Shown here piece after piece: positions 12,201-25,700 of a stretch of 64,000 nt of DNA. A program made the translations under genes and the position numbers. The notes beneath the pieces are model-generated. The model was not told the origin of the DNA, did not search any database, and saw only the letters and a program-made list of their open reading frames with translations. Source of the DNA: Phallusia mammillata (lineage: Eukaryota); NCBI GenBank assembly GCA_965637545.1, contig OZ281500.1, forward strand, positions 12,772,001-12,836,000. Reading direction: 5' to 3'. The first letter of the stretch is position 1; each line of letters begins with the position of its first letter.

Positions 12201-14587
12201 ATTTGAAAAATCATTTGTTTTTTTTCACAGACACCTTTTCGAACACTAGTTACCTATGTTGGCAGGGCATGAATATGCAAATTTAATGCTCGGGTCACTT
12301 TGTGCAACTGCTCGGCCGAGCACCGAGCATCAAAAATAGCGATGCTCGGTAGCGAGTACTCGGGTTCTGGTTAGGCTCGGCACATCCCTAGTATCTAATA
12401 AGACTTAAAACTGAATCTAAAATAATGGCTTACTAAATAAAATGAATCAACTTGTTTAAAAAGTTTTAGGAAAAGTCTGTTAAAGATGAAAATGTTCTTT
12501 CAACAGGAAAGATGTTGCTGATGGGAAGCATGTTTCATTGTCTTGAACCTATTTTAACAGTGGCTGCCTGCTTAAGCTTTAAACAACCTTTTGTTTTCCC
12601 ACTGGTATGTCGACCTGGACACCTGCATAAGCTTATCAAAACATTAGACGTTTTGCAGAGAATCTATTAATTTGTATGTGCACATTTTAGATACTTTAAT
12701 AAGTAAATGTTTCCATTTACATTGGTCAATTTAGCTAATGTTTCAGCCGTTTTCTTGTGACCTTGATGTGATTTTTATAAATAAGATTTAAATTCTTTGG
12801 TACATAAACTTTAACTCTACCATATAACAAGTTGCCACATAACACATATATGGTACTAGGGTAAGGAAAAGGCAGCAGATGCAAGAAGAAAGGCTTTGGC
12901 TGGTCCACATAATAGTGACCATCTAATGCTTGTTGAAGCTTATAGAGGTTGGCAAGAAGCTACAAAGCGTGGTTCAGCTGGTGACTACTGTTGGAGAAAT
13001 TTTATGTCTGGATCCATTTTGAATGCAAGTTAATTAGCTTCTGTTCAGGATTTTTTGTTAATGATTGATCTTTTTGAATTATGAGGAATGTGGTAAAAAT
13101 TAAAAACTCCACCGTCAAGCTGTTACAAAGTCTATACAACTTTTAATCGTGCAAAGTTTTAGAGAGGCGAAATGACCTTTATATGTAAACACTGGTACAT
13201 CATGTTTCTGTGGACAGCGTATACTTGAAAACTGGCACTTTTGATTTATGTTTTTTATTATTTCTCCAGATGATAAAAGACATGCGCAGACAGTTTACTG
13301 AGTACCTTCAAGACACTGGCTTTTTTCTACCTGGATCTGTAAAGCTTATGAACGAGCATTCCAATAAACCAGAGGTCTGCAAAAACTTCAGATTTGTAAA
13401 TTGGCAGCCTCTTGTTTTGTTGAACTTAAAATTTTTACAGTGTTGAGAAAACCATTTAACATCAAGCCGATTGAGCGGATAAAATGAAACGTTGTTTTCA
13501 TGTTGTTTAAGATTGTTAAAGCAGTGGTATGTTCCGGTCTTTACCCCAATGTTGCGAAAATGTTCAAAAAGCAGCCGCGTCGTCCTCCTAAAATCAGCTC
13601 ACAACGGGAACGAAATCTTTCTATTCACCCCAAATCTGTCAACAGCGAAAAACCAAGCGACAACTTTCGGGAACTGTGGTTGTGTTATTACGAAAAAGTA
13701 CAAAGCACGCAGGTACAAAAAAATTGCTTCGTTATTTTTAATTTACGGTTTTGTTGTTTTGTTTTGGAATTACTTTTTTAAACTGGTGAGTTGCAAAACT
13801 AAGGACAGTCCAGAGTGCTGGATTCAGTGGCCTGTCGTAACTCATCATGTGACCTTCTCTTAAAGAAGGCTGACAAAAATAGGATGGAAATCCGACGTTT
13901 TACTTGTTCGTATCGTATTTTGAGCCTAATCTGTCCTTAAGGTTTTATCCTGTGCTTCTACAGATTAATTTATATGACACAAGCGAAATTTCTCCATTTC
14001 CCATGCTGTTCTTTGGTGGGGACATAAACACTTTTTGCAATGATGAAGGCGAAAACATGATTTCTGTGGATGAATGGATTCAATTCCGAGCGAAACCTGA
14101 AGTTGCCTCCACAGTACTGGTAAGCTGAGTTTCACATTTACGTGGCCAACAGACACGAACTCGTACATTAAGGTTTCAAGCTCGGTACTGTTAATGGATT
14201 TAACTTTAATACTTTTTCACTTTATATAAGCTGATCTACCACAAAACAAGCTGCAACGCACCAGTGTTTTAGGAAAATAGTCTACGTCGTACATCATTAA
14301 ACCGTGGTTTGGTGTCGCCGCATAAAAATAAAACTCCACTTTCCTTTTGCTTCATCGTCTCATGCTTGGAAATTTAGCTGTTTGATAATCGATATTCCTC
14401 AACCGTGGTTAGGTGCGTGAAGTATTTGCTTTACTATGTATTTATGCTCGGGTTTGTTTTACAGGAACTCAGAGATCAACTCGATAAAATACTTGCCAAG
14501 AAAATCAAGTTTCCTTTTCGGTCATTAGAAGAAGCCGATTTTGCCGTTGTTCGAACTATAGTTGATCTTTTGTCCAAAAAGTCGTAG
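3272..14587 (+). CDS. DHX36: DEAH-box G-quadruplex/RNA helicase DHX36 (RHAU), multi-exon
   Basis: ATG 3272 (MSRRGRYR|). Exon 2 carries the DHX36-specific motif (RRGRDIGMFYAQK). Spliced exons give SGETGCGKTTQ, CTQPRRISAVS, DEIHER, MSAT, LVFLPGW, IATNIAETSITIDD and QRRGRAGR, plus HA2/OB-fold segments ([39 protein letters not shown]). Stop at 14587. Confidence 0.93.
5419..6608 (+). mobile_element. Non-autonomous Helitron/Helentron-like element with internal tandem repeats (copy 1, DHX36 intron)
   Basis: Starts atgggtcccc, then a T-rich microsatellite and a 158-bp direct tandem repeat (5509/5667). Subterminal inverted gggaccca near 6512; 3' hairpin aaggg...ccctt followed by CTAG. Homologous copy at 34918-35958. 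Confidence 0.6.
8081..8244. mobile_element. Small fold-back/MITE-like palindromic element in a DHX36 intron
   Basis: Outer IR tagctgactatttcagcacac / gtgtgctaaaattgtcagcta; inner IR ttacaaaccactgtggata / tatccacagtggtttgtaa. Confidence 0.6.
12031..12390. mobile_element. hAT (Ac-type) MITE
   Basis: TIR TAGGGATG...CATCCCTA; exact 8-bp TSD GTATCTAA. Second copy at 46072-46444. Confidence 0.9.
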
Positions 14588-14847
14588 ATTGCATTTCTGA
14601 ATCACCGTTTATTTTATCATTAGGCAAGCAGAATATAAAGTTTCACTCACGGCTTTAAAAATTAGCGATGATACAATACTTTTTGAGTTGTTTTTTTGGC
14701 CCCGCTGGCAACAAGAATGTATCACCCAGTTTCAAGTTACATAAAAGCTCTTGACCATGTTGATTATGAAATATGTAATTCAGCCAATAGAACAAGTCTG
14801 CCAAGCAAAGAAGCGAATCTTTTTTTGAAATACCAAAACCAATCAAA

Positions 14848-17800
14848 TTATTCGTGATCGTGCAGAGGATTTCTACACGGGTTTCCACATAAAAGAGCAA
14901 GCATTTTTCTGGAGAAGTTGACATCGAGTGCGTCGAAACCTCCCTCGACCGCATCACGCAGCACATATTGATCTTCACCAGCCATTACCTCGATTTCAGT
15001 CATGTTCAGATTTCCTTGCGGGGGTTTCACAGGAAGGACATAGAACTAAAGACAAAATTGTAATTTATTAATAGCATAACGAGATGCCCTCGGACGCAGT
15101 TGTTTGCGTAATACGTACAAACTGAATAACGCATAAAAGTTCTATGAGAGGCGATAAAAACGAGGTCAACGTTTCCAAAACATTTTAACGTTGCTTTAAC
15201 ATAAAAAAAAAACTTTACATGATAAAACAGCTTTGAATATAAACTGTGAAATATTTTACACCTGAGGAACCCACGTTAGTGGGCTTTCCTAAACTGTCCA
15301 TAATCCAAACACATCGCTGCTTCAACCAGGACACTAATTCCTGAAGCCAGTTGAAAACGGTTGCAACCTCTGTCAGAAAACCCAAATCTAATATTACAAA
15401 CACTAAGAACGAAGCACAGGTACAACGAATCATTCTTGACTTTTTTTCGTAATAGGCTACGTAGACGTTGACCTCCAATGACCTACAGCTGTAGCCAAAC
15501 GAGTAGTTTTCTATTAAGGACCTTATGGTCCGATTTAAGTGAAGAGCGTAGATGTGTTTTGTATCCAAAAGAGCTTTTACGTATCCGAAGTATCGTTTAT
15601 TGTTTAATTTCTGTTGGGTAAAGTAATACAATATGTAACCCTATGTCGGAACAAAAAAATCGGATGTTTATTTGATACGTTTTATTGAAACAGCTGTATA
15701 GCACTTAAATTCTTCATATAACTTGGCAGCAAAATAGCAACAAATGTAACGATTATCACTCTCCATGGCGTAATGCAACTGTCTAAAAACTTGACCGCCT
15801 AACTTACAGTGAAAAAATTGCCCAATGCAATTAATACTAAATGTGTTTACGGTCTTACCAGAGCTTGGTCGCGAATGCGTTTTGAAGGTGCCACAATATC
15901 GTCCTGTGAAGCTCCATCAGTGATGAGCAGAACAACATCATTCGCAATAGGTCGGTTTCCTATCCTAAGTAGTGTGTTGGCAACGTAATTTAGAGCATTT
16001 CCAGTCCTTGTGCCTGTAAACGATACGTATAATGGCACCAATATAGTATTTATACTGTGATAAATAGCCTAGATGCCCACGCCCTCGGCGATGGAATCTA
16101 AAATATAAAAAGTTTGCGTCTGAGCTCCTCACCGCTTCCATCGTACGGTATCTCATCAAACTTCTCCAGAACCGCCTGTGTACTGTCTGGGAAGGAATTA
16201 AGCAAAATCTAAAAGTACAAGATTGTCAAACACAATTCAAATAAGAATTCAAGAAAGCATTACCTGAGTGTCCGTATCCACCTCTCTGTTGTATCGGATT
16301 ACTGCAAATTGACTTGAGTCTGGTCTTACCACGAATTCACTGAAAACCCAAAGGTATGCCACTTAATTCTATCTGCTACAAAGAAGCCGTGTTTTTACGA
16401 GTATTGTGGTAAATCGCTATTGACTCCAAACGACAATAAAGCCAACTAAAAATTGTTCGTGTGGGAATCAGGGAGTCGAACCGGAACTGAACCCGAACCC
16501 GCGAACCGGTTTGAGCGGTTAATTTCATTAAACCCGAACCGAACCCGAACCGCTAATCACGATTTTCTAAAAACCCGAACCGGAGTTGAACCCCATATTT
16601 TGTTTGGCGGCGGACCCGAACCGGAACCGAACCAGTAAAAAATGCAGTCTGTTTTATATTTTATGATATTTTTTTCAAAACAGCGCACTGAAGAATACGC
16701 GAGATAACACTTATAGGGCGTGTCAAAAATAACAGTGCACGGTCAAATTTCTTTAAAAAAATTCTTCTGGAGTTTAAAACGGCTAGGTAGATGATGATGG
16801 GTAAAATTAAATTACAACAAATGAAAATTTGAACCGGTTTAAAAACCGCAAACCGGTTCGAACCGGATAATTTGTCCAAACCGGAACAAAACCCGAACCC
16901 GAAAATATACATTTTAAAAAACCTGAACCGAACCCAAACCCTTAAAAACAAAACGAAGTGAACCCGAACCGAACCTGAACCCATATGACAAGGGGTTCGA
17001 CTCCCTGGTGGGAATATACATATCCACTTTCAAATAAAGTACTCGCCTGAGAAAGCTTCGAACAAACTTCTTCATTTTCATCCAGTTTTCCGCACGCACG
17101 GATGAAGAAGAATCGAGAACGACCACAAAATCCATGATGGCATATGGTGGACACGGTACTATGGGGAAACATGTCAAAATATAATACCTGCAATTTATGC
17201 CCATCACATGTTTAATTATAAAACTTACGCCCACAACAACCAGCATTCGTCCATTCTTCATTCCTTTGACAACTGGCGGTCCTAAAACTCTTCGGGTAGA
17301 TTTGATATTCTTCCTTGCATTGCAACTGACAATTCGATCCCACATAGTTTTCATTGGTGCACTTGTATGTGCCGTGATTTACGCGTAGCTTTGTGCATTG
17401 TAGCGCTGTAGATTAAAGAGGTTCGTCTGCAACCGTTCTACTTGAACAGTAGATACATATAAGTATATTTATTTAAACAATATACAACTCCGTCTATAGT
17501 AGACAATATAGCAAATATAAAAGCTGCATGTGTTCCGCGGGTGCGCTAGTAGATTTCGGCCTATCCCTCAAGATTTAAAAGTTTTTCCACATACTTATTT
17601 GATGTCATGGTTCAACTGCATAAATGTAAATGTATGTAAAATGTTAATATGTCTTACGTGCCAAACAATACTCCTTAACTTTAATACAGTTAAGAAATGA
17701 AGGCTATTTTCGTGCACAATCTTTGTAATGCGTTCTTGTTTGTGACAAACAAAATTGGCGTCGGATCATTCGCATTCAATGTAATTCTGCAAATCTATAG

Positions 17801-20800
17801 CTGAGATTAATCTTGAACTGTAAGTCGGACTGATCGTCGTGTTCCAACTGGGTTCGGGCTAGGGCTCTACCAAATAAAACGGGTGTGATTTGGGCCTGAC
17901 TTTACACGTGGCCACATTATTATCGTTCACCGCGGTATTTTGGACATCTTTCGGGCATCAGTTTTAAAATGAACGGGTTAAAGGGCTGGGTTATGGACAA
18001 AATTTCAACTCGCTTACAACCCAGTGTGAATGCCTTTCCGAGCAGAAATATTTAGTTATTACCTACAGATTTCGTTTTTTTATTCTTCAAAATCTGCATT
18101 TTGGTTTCTACAAATATATTCAGCTTCGACTGCGATTAGCGTATAGAAAATACTATAGGATTGTTTTAAATTTCTTTATAGCAGTCACTGTGATTCTTAA
18201 CCTTTTTTAACTTTGCGAACCCCTTTTGAAAGTTTTGTAACACGGCGACCCCTTTACAAACACACGTAGGAAGGTTCACTATTGGAATGTGTTATCGGAA
18301 TTACAACAAAAACCTTTCCCGCCGTTGCAACCGTCACACCATACATGTATTGTTACGTCATAACTGCCGACCTTGTGTGTGTCCTACTTTTACAGTTTCC
18401 TTCGTTCCACACGTGTGGGTGTGGTGTGGTTAGTCTTTCAGCAGTATTTAAGTTGTGCTGTATGTATTTAATTTCGCTGTATTGGACAAGTTTATGTTAT
18501 ATAAGTTAGATTGTTTGGACTGTTTGGTAATTGTGACGTTTTTTGGTTATATTTGGTTTAGGACTTTAGGTGGTAAAAAATCCGTTTTAAATCACTGAAA
18601 ATAAAGTGCATCTGAAACCGGCTATCTTATTCTGCCAGTCAAGAGACTGTAAGGTAGAATTAGCGAGAAGGCTTGAATTCTACAATTGGTATAAATTATT
18701 TGGTATCAAAGGTTACTGTAAGATTTTGATTTTTTGCTGTGCAACATGCCCTTTTCGTGTTTTTTATGTCAAGTCTCGGGAAAAGTTTTTATGATACGGA
18801 TCAACTCATCCTGAGTTGGATTGCGTCTTCGCGGTCCCCTCAAAGTGCTTGGCAACCCTATTGGGGGTCGCGACCCCATGTTGAGAAACACTCGTTTGAA
18901 ACGTTTGGGGTTTATACAAATGGGTTTTATGCTTATGATGTTTTTATTTATTCCTACGTTTGCATTCTGGTTGTGGTCTTGTCCACAAGCCGTAAGGATC
19001 AGAGTCCAAATCTTCAATGCACTGCAATCGCTGACCTCCATGAAGACGATAACCTTCTTCACAACCAAATCTGAACGGAAATTCAAATTAACTCAGCATT
19101 TAAATCCAAAGTTAAACATTTATCGTTATGGTCCAAACTTGGAAAATATAGAAAATACCTAACTAGATACTAGGGGAGCTGTTAATAGTTAAACTGCCAT
19201 AATCATAACCAACGCAACGTAGAGAGATCGACAACATTAGGTGGATTGTCTACTACATGCATGCAACTAGCCCAGGGGTGGCCAACCCGCGGCTCGCGAG
19301 CCGCATGCGGCTCTTCGCCTGGTTTTATGCGGCTCTTAAGTTGTTGTCGAAGTTTGGGGCCATTGTGTATATTTGAGTTAGTAATGCTTCAATCCGTTGT
19401 TTTTCGGGTTATGACGATTTATATTTTATCGGCAGTTTGTCTTGGGTTTGAATTAAGCGATTGTTGGTGGTGAATGCATTAATGACGTCGCAATGTATTT
19501 AGTTTCACCACTTTGCACTTGGGACACATGCGCGTTAGGTGTTTGGGGCCCGTGCGCGTTAGTTGAAAATACCGCAAGTTTTTTCAGCAGGGAAAATCTT
19601 TTAAATAAACAATTTTTGTCAAGTTAGCCTTCAAATTGGCAGAGAAAAAAGATTACACCAGAAATGAATCTCACCGCACGTTATTTATAAAATGAGAAAA
19701 AATGGGGATTTTAATTCATCTGTTTTTCTTTGATATATTCGTTGAAATGAGGGTTTTGTGTGAGAGACAGTGTTTGCATGGACCATTTATTGTTGAAAAT
19801 GACTGGCCCGTGGTCTGTACAAGTCAAATTGTGTCATTATTATGTTGGTGTGCGACATTTAGAATAGATCTGGCTAAGCACAGGTCTCTGTGTGTGAGGA
19901 AGGGACGATCCATTTAACAAATGTGCTTATGTGTATAATGTGGCTCATTGTGGTAACACAATAAAAAATATGGCTCTTAGGCTTTGACCGGTTGGCCACC
20001 TCTGAACTAGCCCATTTAAGTTCAACTTGTCTTTACTTTCGCGTGGTTCTTGCGGTTAATTTTATGGTATAGCCTATATGATGGTCCATGTTGCACAGAG
20101 AAACTGTAAGTGTTCGCTTTAGTTTGCCATTGTCAGTAAACGAAAGGAGGAAACCATAGTTAACAGGTCGTGACCATCAAAGAAATGGCACTTAATAAAA
20201 GCATTCCATTAAAAATGTGTTTAATATTCTCGTCATTATTACACTGATCAGAAACTTACTCGCACACACTCAGCCAGTTTATGTCATCTGAGCAGCGTTT
20301 CCACCCGAATTGAGGAGTAAGCATGGCTGGTGGGCACGTGATTCGTTGACATTTCGGCACATTTCCACTCCATCTCCCATAAGCATCTGAGCAAATAAAT
20401 TTATTTTTTGTGTGACGAATAAATGTGTGTATTAAACAGCAGAAATGTTTGAAGGAGGGCATGGGCCCTGGTTGAGAACCACTGGTATAGCCATTTTCTG
20501 TTTGTCACATTGTTTGTTTTAATCGTTTCAGATGGTCACCGGTCGGCAGATTATGACATCGCTTGACAAATATGTTTGCACACTTCTTGCTTGGAAATAT
20601 AATAAAGATATATAATTTCTTATATTTTATAAAACACTCCATAATCGAGTGTTATTTGCACATTTTGACATATATGTTAAAATATGAATCTGAAGTTATA
20701 TTCCATGGGATAGATGTTTTCGGAGTTCTAAAACTAGTGATTTTTTAACAAAATGTGTGCCAGTTTCGAGAAAGTTAACAGAAGGTCTTTCGCAAAAAAA

Positions 20801-21985
20801 TGACTCACCACAAGTCAGGATTCGGTTGCCAATAAGACTGTATACTCGTGGGCAGCTGAACGTACAAACACTCATGGGAAGAGATCCACTAGTGCAGGAC
20901 ATGTAGCCCCCCTCCGGCGCTTCGAGTGGTGGACATATGTCTGTTGCAAAAATAAACACCGACAACGTTATGTGTGTGGGAGGGTTAGACGGTTTCCACA
21001 TAAATGTCATTGTATTTACCACCCCTCTCACAATCCAGTACGCCAAAATTACAGTTTTCCGTGGCACAACAACATCGACACACTGATGACGGTGGTTTGC
21101 CGTTGCACTGGATTTGACTCCCGCCTTTCGACCAGGCTTCGTGCCGATTCTGTTGTGGCAGCGTCACAATATTTTTAGAAAAGTTTATGTGCTTAATATG
21201 GTCGCCTTTATTTACGAATCTTTGATTAAACAATGCGATTGTTTACTTTCGAAACCAAGCATTGATGTCCCAGTGTGTTGTAGAATCACTGAAAACAATC
21301 AGTGGATTCACAATTTAAACGGAAATTTAATAACTTATAATGTGTTGTCTGCTTTAGTTAATAATTACACAAATATTTGTGTGGGAATTTCAAACTACTT
21401 AAGATAAAGTGGTTCATACCTGAACGAAGTTGTCTCCGCAAGCACTTGGACGTTTGCACGACTTTTGTATCATTTTTTCGGGTCCCCAACCTCCTTGCCG
21501 CAACTCTATGTGACACATTGTCTGCGGAATTCAAGGAATCCCATATTATTCGGGAAAATACTTTACGTTTGAAAGTCAAATGCTTCTTTACTAATGATGC
21601 AAAACTCCCCTTTGCTGAATACCTATTTCTAATTTGACGAAGACTGGCGCCCAAGCTTTAATAATGTTGGTTAGGAAACTGAAAGTTCTTTATTTAATTT
21701 GCCACAACTTTCTTAAAAGCACGGTTAATGGAGTGTAAATATGTCGTAATATTTGACGATTTTCACCTCAGATTCTGGACACAACGTCAGGTTTCCCCGC
21801 GCCTGGCATTCTTCCTCGGACTTTACGTTGTCACAAGTCCAGCAGGAAATTCCTAAAATAAAAACGTTTACCGCTGTTTCAGGTGCTTTTAACAAAACAC
21901 CACGCTAATAACAACTATTCTTACCTGACGCCAACTTGTTTGTTAGCAACCATAAAACTAAAATAAATTGTGCAAGCCTAATCAT
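14848..21985 (-). CDS. Secreted protein: signal peptide + Ly6/uPAR-like Cys-rich domain + 3 CCP (sushi) + vWA (paralog A)
   Basis: ATG 21985 [21 protein letters not shown]; then ISCWTC...[13 protein letters not shown]. CCPs: [12 protein letters not shown]...[15 protein letters not shown]...WTRPQPEC and [10 protein letters not shown]...WTNAGCC. vWA: [12 protein letters not shown]...GTRTGNAL...[12 protein letters not shown] with an intact DxSxS/T/D MIDAS. Stop at 14848. All exons join in frame, with one GC-AG intron. Confidence 0.85.
16469..17007. mobile_element. hAT MITE with (GAACC[C/G])n subterminal arrays
   Basis: TIR CAGGGAGTCGAACC...GGTTCGACTCCCTG; exact 8-bp TSD GTGGGAAT. Lies in an intron of paralog A. 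Confidence 0.9.
19273..20004. mobile_element. hAT (Buster/Charlie-type) MITE
   Basis: TIR CAGGGGTGGCCAACC / GGTTGGCCACCTCTG; exact TSD AACTAGCC. Confidence 0.9.
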
Positions 21986-22708
21986 TTTTGCAAAACTGTA
22001 AACGAAACCAAAATTATTTTCGTTTGGCATGTATTTATCATTCTTTTTTAGTGTTGTCCAAGAAATGTTTTCCGCTCAACTATTGGGTTTTCGTTCAGTT
22101 TAAATCAATAATCTATCTAAGTCTGCTTTGAAACTGTCTTAATCCCGCACAGTGATCGTACAGCCATTTCGTTGCAAATTGTCTACACAATGGGTCGCAT
22201 GCGTTCAGGTATATAAGTGATGAAATACTGAGATAAGTGGTTTCTTATCATCCAATCTTTGCTTAACTTAACCTTTTTCAAGATTTCCGAACTTTTCGCC
22301 ACCGAACGTGCAACCGCTAATCTTCACCTTAGGTGATCCAACTGGTATAACAACTTCGACAAACATACATAAATGAACGTTTAAGCTTTGTTAATTATTG
22401 TATATTGACACAACGAAAAACTGGGATTCACAGAGATTTGTCTTAAACCGCACGTTTTTCTACATGGTTTTAAACGGCTCAAATTCCCATTAGTGTATGG
22501 CTGGATTCAGCAAACATGGAACGACAAGAGGATAAGAAAAATGTCGTCTTACTCTCTTCTGACAGCAATTGATATTATAATGTTTATATGTGACAACCAC
22601 AAGCCTTGGTGATATCATCTAAATTCAAGGCCTTGTTTATTCATGTTAGGTTCGTGTGGATTTGGCGGTAGGTAATGTTTATTTATGATTAATCAACCGT
22701 CAGGCAGT

Positions 22709-25700
22709 TTAACGGTCGTGATCATGGAACGGGTTTTTGCAGGGATTGAGACAAAGGATTTCAGTGATCTTTTCTGCAAATAGGTCATTCAAGGCCTCAA
22801 AACCTCCCGTCAGCGCATCTTCGAGAACATTCTCTGGTTGACCGGCAATGGCGTTAATTTGATCAAGATCCAACCTTCCGTTTGGTGGCATTACAGGAAC
22901 AACGTACACCTAAACACATGGGTTTGCCATTTAAAAAGAGGCTTGGGACTCGTTTGAACCAAATTTTGGTACAGCCTCATGTCACGCATCCCATTGATGT
23001 TTTTACTTCCAATTTTTTAAAATTGCTTTGTCGCGCCTTTCGCCAGATTCTTAAAAATGATTTCAGTCAACAATTTATCGCCTGGAGTCAGATCAGTATA
23101 GTTCATGACTGAGGTCACCACTAAAATCAAACTCTACTCTCGCTTGACAGTATAGCAGTTGGAAATTAGTCATTGGGGTCAAAGACCACGAAACATTGAC
23201 AACAGTTTGGGTAAATATGCACTTTAAGTGTAAAGTTTTTCGCTCACCAAGACACGTTCATCGCGCAATCTCTGCGCTGGAATTGTGACGTCATCTTGAG
23301 ACCTTCCATCAGTGATCAGTAAAACGACGTCCTTTGCGTCTGCTCTGTTACCTCTTTTTAGCATAACATCGACCGTGTAGTTTAACGCCTTCCCTGTCTG
23401 TGTCCCTGTGTGGTCAAAAGTAAGTGTGGTAGAAACAGCAATTAGCACAAACACAAAATTACTTTATTAATTACCTAAGCGAATTTTGAAAAAAACGTTA
23501 AAACGAGAACCACCTGTCAAACCCATTTTACATACGGCCGAAATCTATGTCATTGTTGTATTTAGTCTAAATCGAATTGACATCAAACTAAACCACTTAC
23601 CGTTGCCATTGTAATCGATAAGATCAAAAGCATCAAAAAAATCTTCTTTGCTTTCCGGATATTCGTCCAGAAAGATCTACAAAGTAAGATATCTTTTGTA
23701 ATTGCAATTCTGACCTTATGGTCATGTGTAAAAATACAGACCTGTGTTCTTGTGTCAACCTCGCGATTGTACCTGAAACCACCGTATCGACTGGCATCAT
23801 TTCTCACAATAAAATCTCTATGAAACAAAAAAAAACATAAATTACACAACGTCCTGTCAGTTTCTTTGCGTTTCAAAATATTATCAAATCATATTTAGAC
23901 CAGACAGTCAAAACCTCTAAATGTTCATAAACACCTCCTTAAAAAGTTCAAACTATTCTGTGGAGTTTAGCGATTGCGTCAGCTATTTACATTCAATGTA
24001 TTGCTATTTTACTTTAAGAAACTTTTGACGAATTGTTTAGTGATGACCCAGTTATCTGCACCGACGGAAGACGACGAATCTAGGATGATAATGAAATCCA
24101 TGATTGCAAAAGGCGGACAGGGCACTAAAAGCAAAAAAAAATTAATGTTTCAAACTATTGGTAATTGCATTTGCCAGACTTACATGTGCAGCATGGCCAA
24201 CTCACGTCCCATTGTTCGTTACTTTGACAAGTTGTTATTGGTACCTGAGGATATAAAACGTATCCATCAGCCTCGTCACACTGGAATGAGCATTGTGAAC
24301 CGACATAGTTCTCGTCGGAGCAAGTAACGAATCCATGGTTGAACACGTCTTGGGTAGGACACTGCAACGCTTTACAAAACAAAAACATTTTTGTGTGTTT
24401 CGCGCTCGTGTAAACAACAAGTTTGGTGCTTACGTTTGCATACGGGTGGCGCCCTGCTCCACAAACCATACTTTCTACGACGAAATTCGAGACACGTAAT
24501 TGTCTCTGCACCATGCAAGCGATAACCTTCATCACACGAAAACCTAATGGAAAGATATTAACTTGGCAGCAGGAATGCAAAGACTACGGAGATAAACATG
24601 GCTGATTATGGGTAGCGGTTATGTAGGTTGTACAAGTGGGTATCCAAATCTCAATAGAAACGCGTCATGTTATTGCGACCAGAACCATCCTCCCAATTTT
24701 ACAAACACACCATTGACATATATTGCAATGTAGCTAGTTTAGTTGTATGAAGGTTATAATCAGTTTTTGAAAGCATTCATTTTGATATACGTAGCGATTG
24801 TTTACGCGGTCGAATTCAATACACTTACACTTAACGTAGTATTTAATTAAAATGGATCACAGAAGCTTACGTGCAGCGACTTCCCAAATCCACTCCTAGC
24901 GTACATTCAACAGAACCAAATTTGATTGTCTCCGGTCGATGCAGACATGAAACAGGGAGACATTGCGGTTTATCGTGACTCCACTTGCCGAAAATACCTG
25001 CGTTGTTAACAACAAACAATCGGTGATGCAGATTTGTGGTTGAGAATCGCGTGTTCCACTCGCAGCCAAGTGTCTCGCCACATTTATAGCAAAGTTACCA
25101 ACCACATGACATAGATGTAGAGCCGACCAGATTGTAGCGCCTGTTGCAACCAAATTCACAAGAGGAGAATATATTGTTTCCGCGAGTGCACTTCATCCAT
25201 CCATTCTCAAGTCGTGTCAAAGTACCGCAGTGGGCAACCGAAGCTGACAAAAACGTGCAATTTTAGCGGTTTACTTATGTTCTCTTGACACGAGCTGTCA
25301 CAAACATGCAAAATACCAGATTAAGATCGGACTATAGATACGTTAAATACAGCTTCACGTCTTCGAAAAAGTCTTACTTTCCTTGTCACATGTCAACGTT
25401 TCGTGATTACACAAGTCAGTTCCACAACAACATCGACAGACTGAAGATGGGGCATAAGTATTGCACTGAATCATGTCGCCCTTAAATGCCCAAGCCGGTT
25501 TCAAATTCTGAAAAATAAAGGCAAATATCGTTGTAGTGGAACAAATGTTTTAAAGTTAAGACTTGTTTTGATTCGTAAGGTTTGTTTCATCACATCGAAA
25601 CAAAACTAATTTTGAACTGTGTTTCATTGACTTGTTTTGCTTAACGTTTTTTTATCGAACCTTTGAGAGAAGTAAGTTGAACGATTTCTGTCGGCCAAAG

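Noticed and set aside
16480-16985. CRISPR-like or coding repeat (GAACCG arrays; ORFs 16453-16638 and 16661-16984)
   Set aside because: Eukaryotic locus, no unique spacers; these are subterminal repeats of a hAT MITE.
16994-17007. tRNA gene suggested by GGTTCGACTCC
   Set aside because: No A-box or cloverleaf; it is the TIR of a MITE with an 8-bp TSD.
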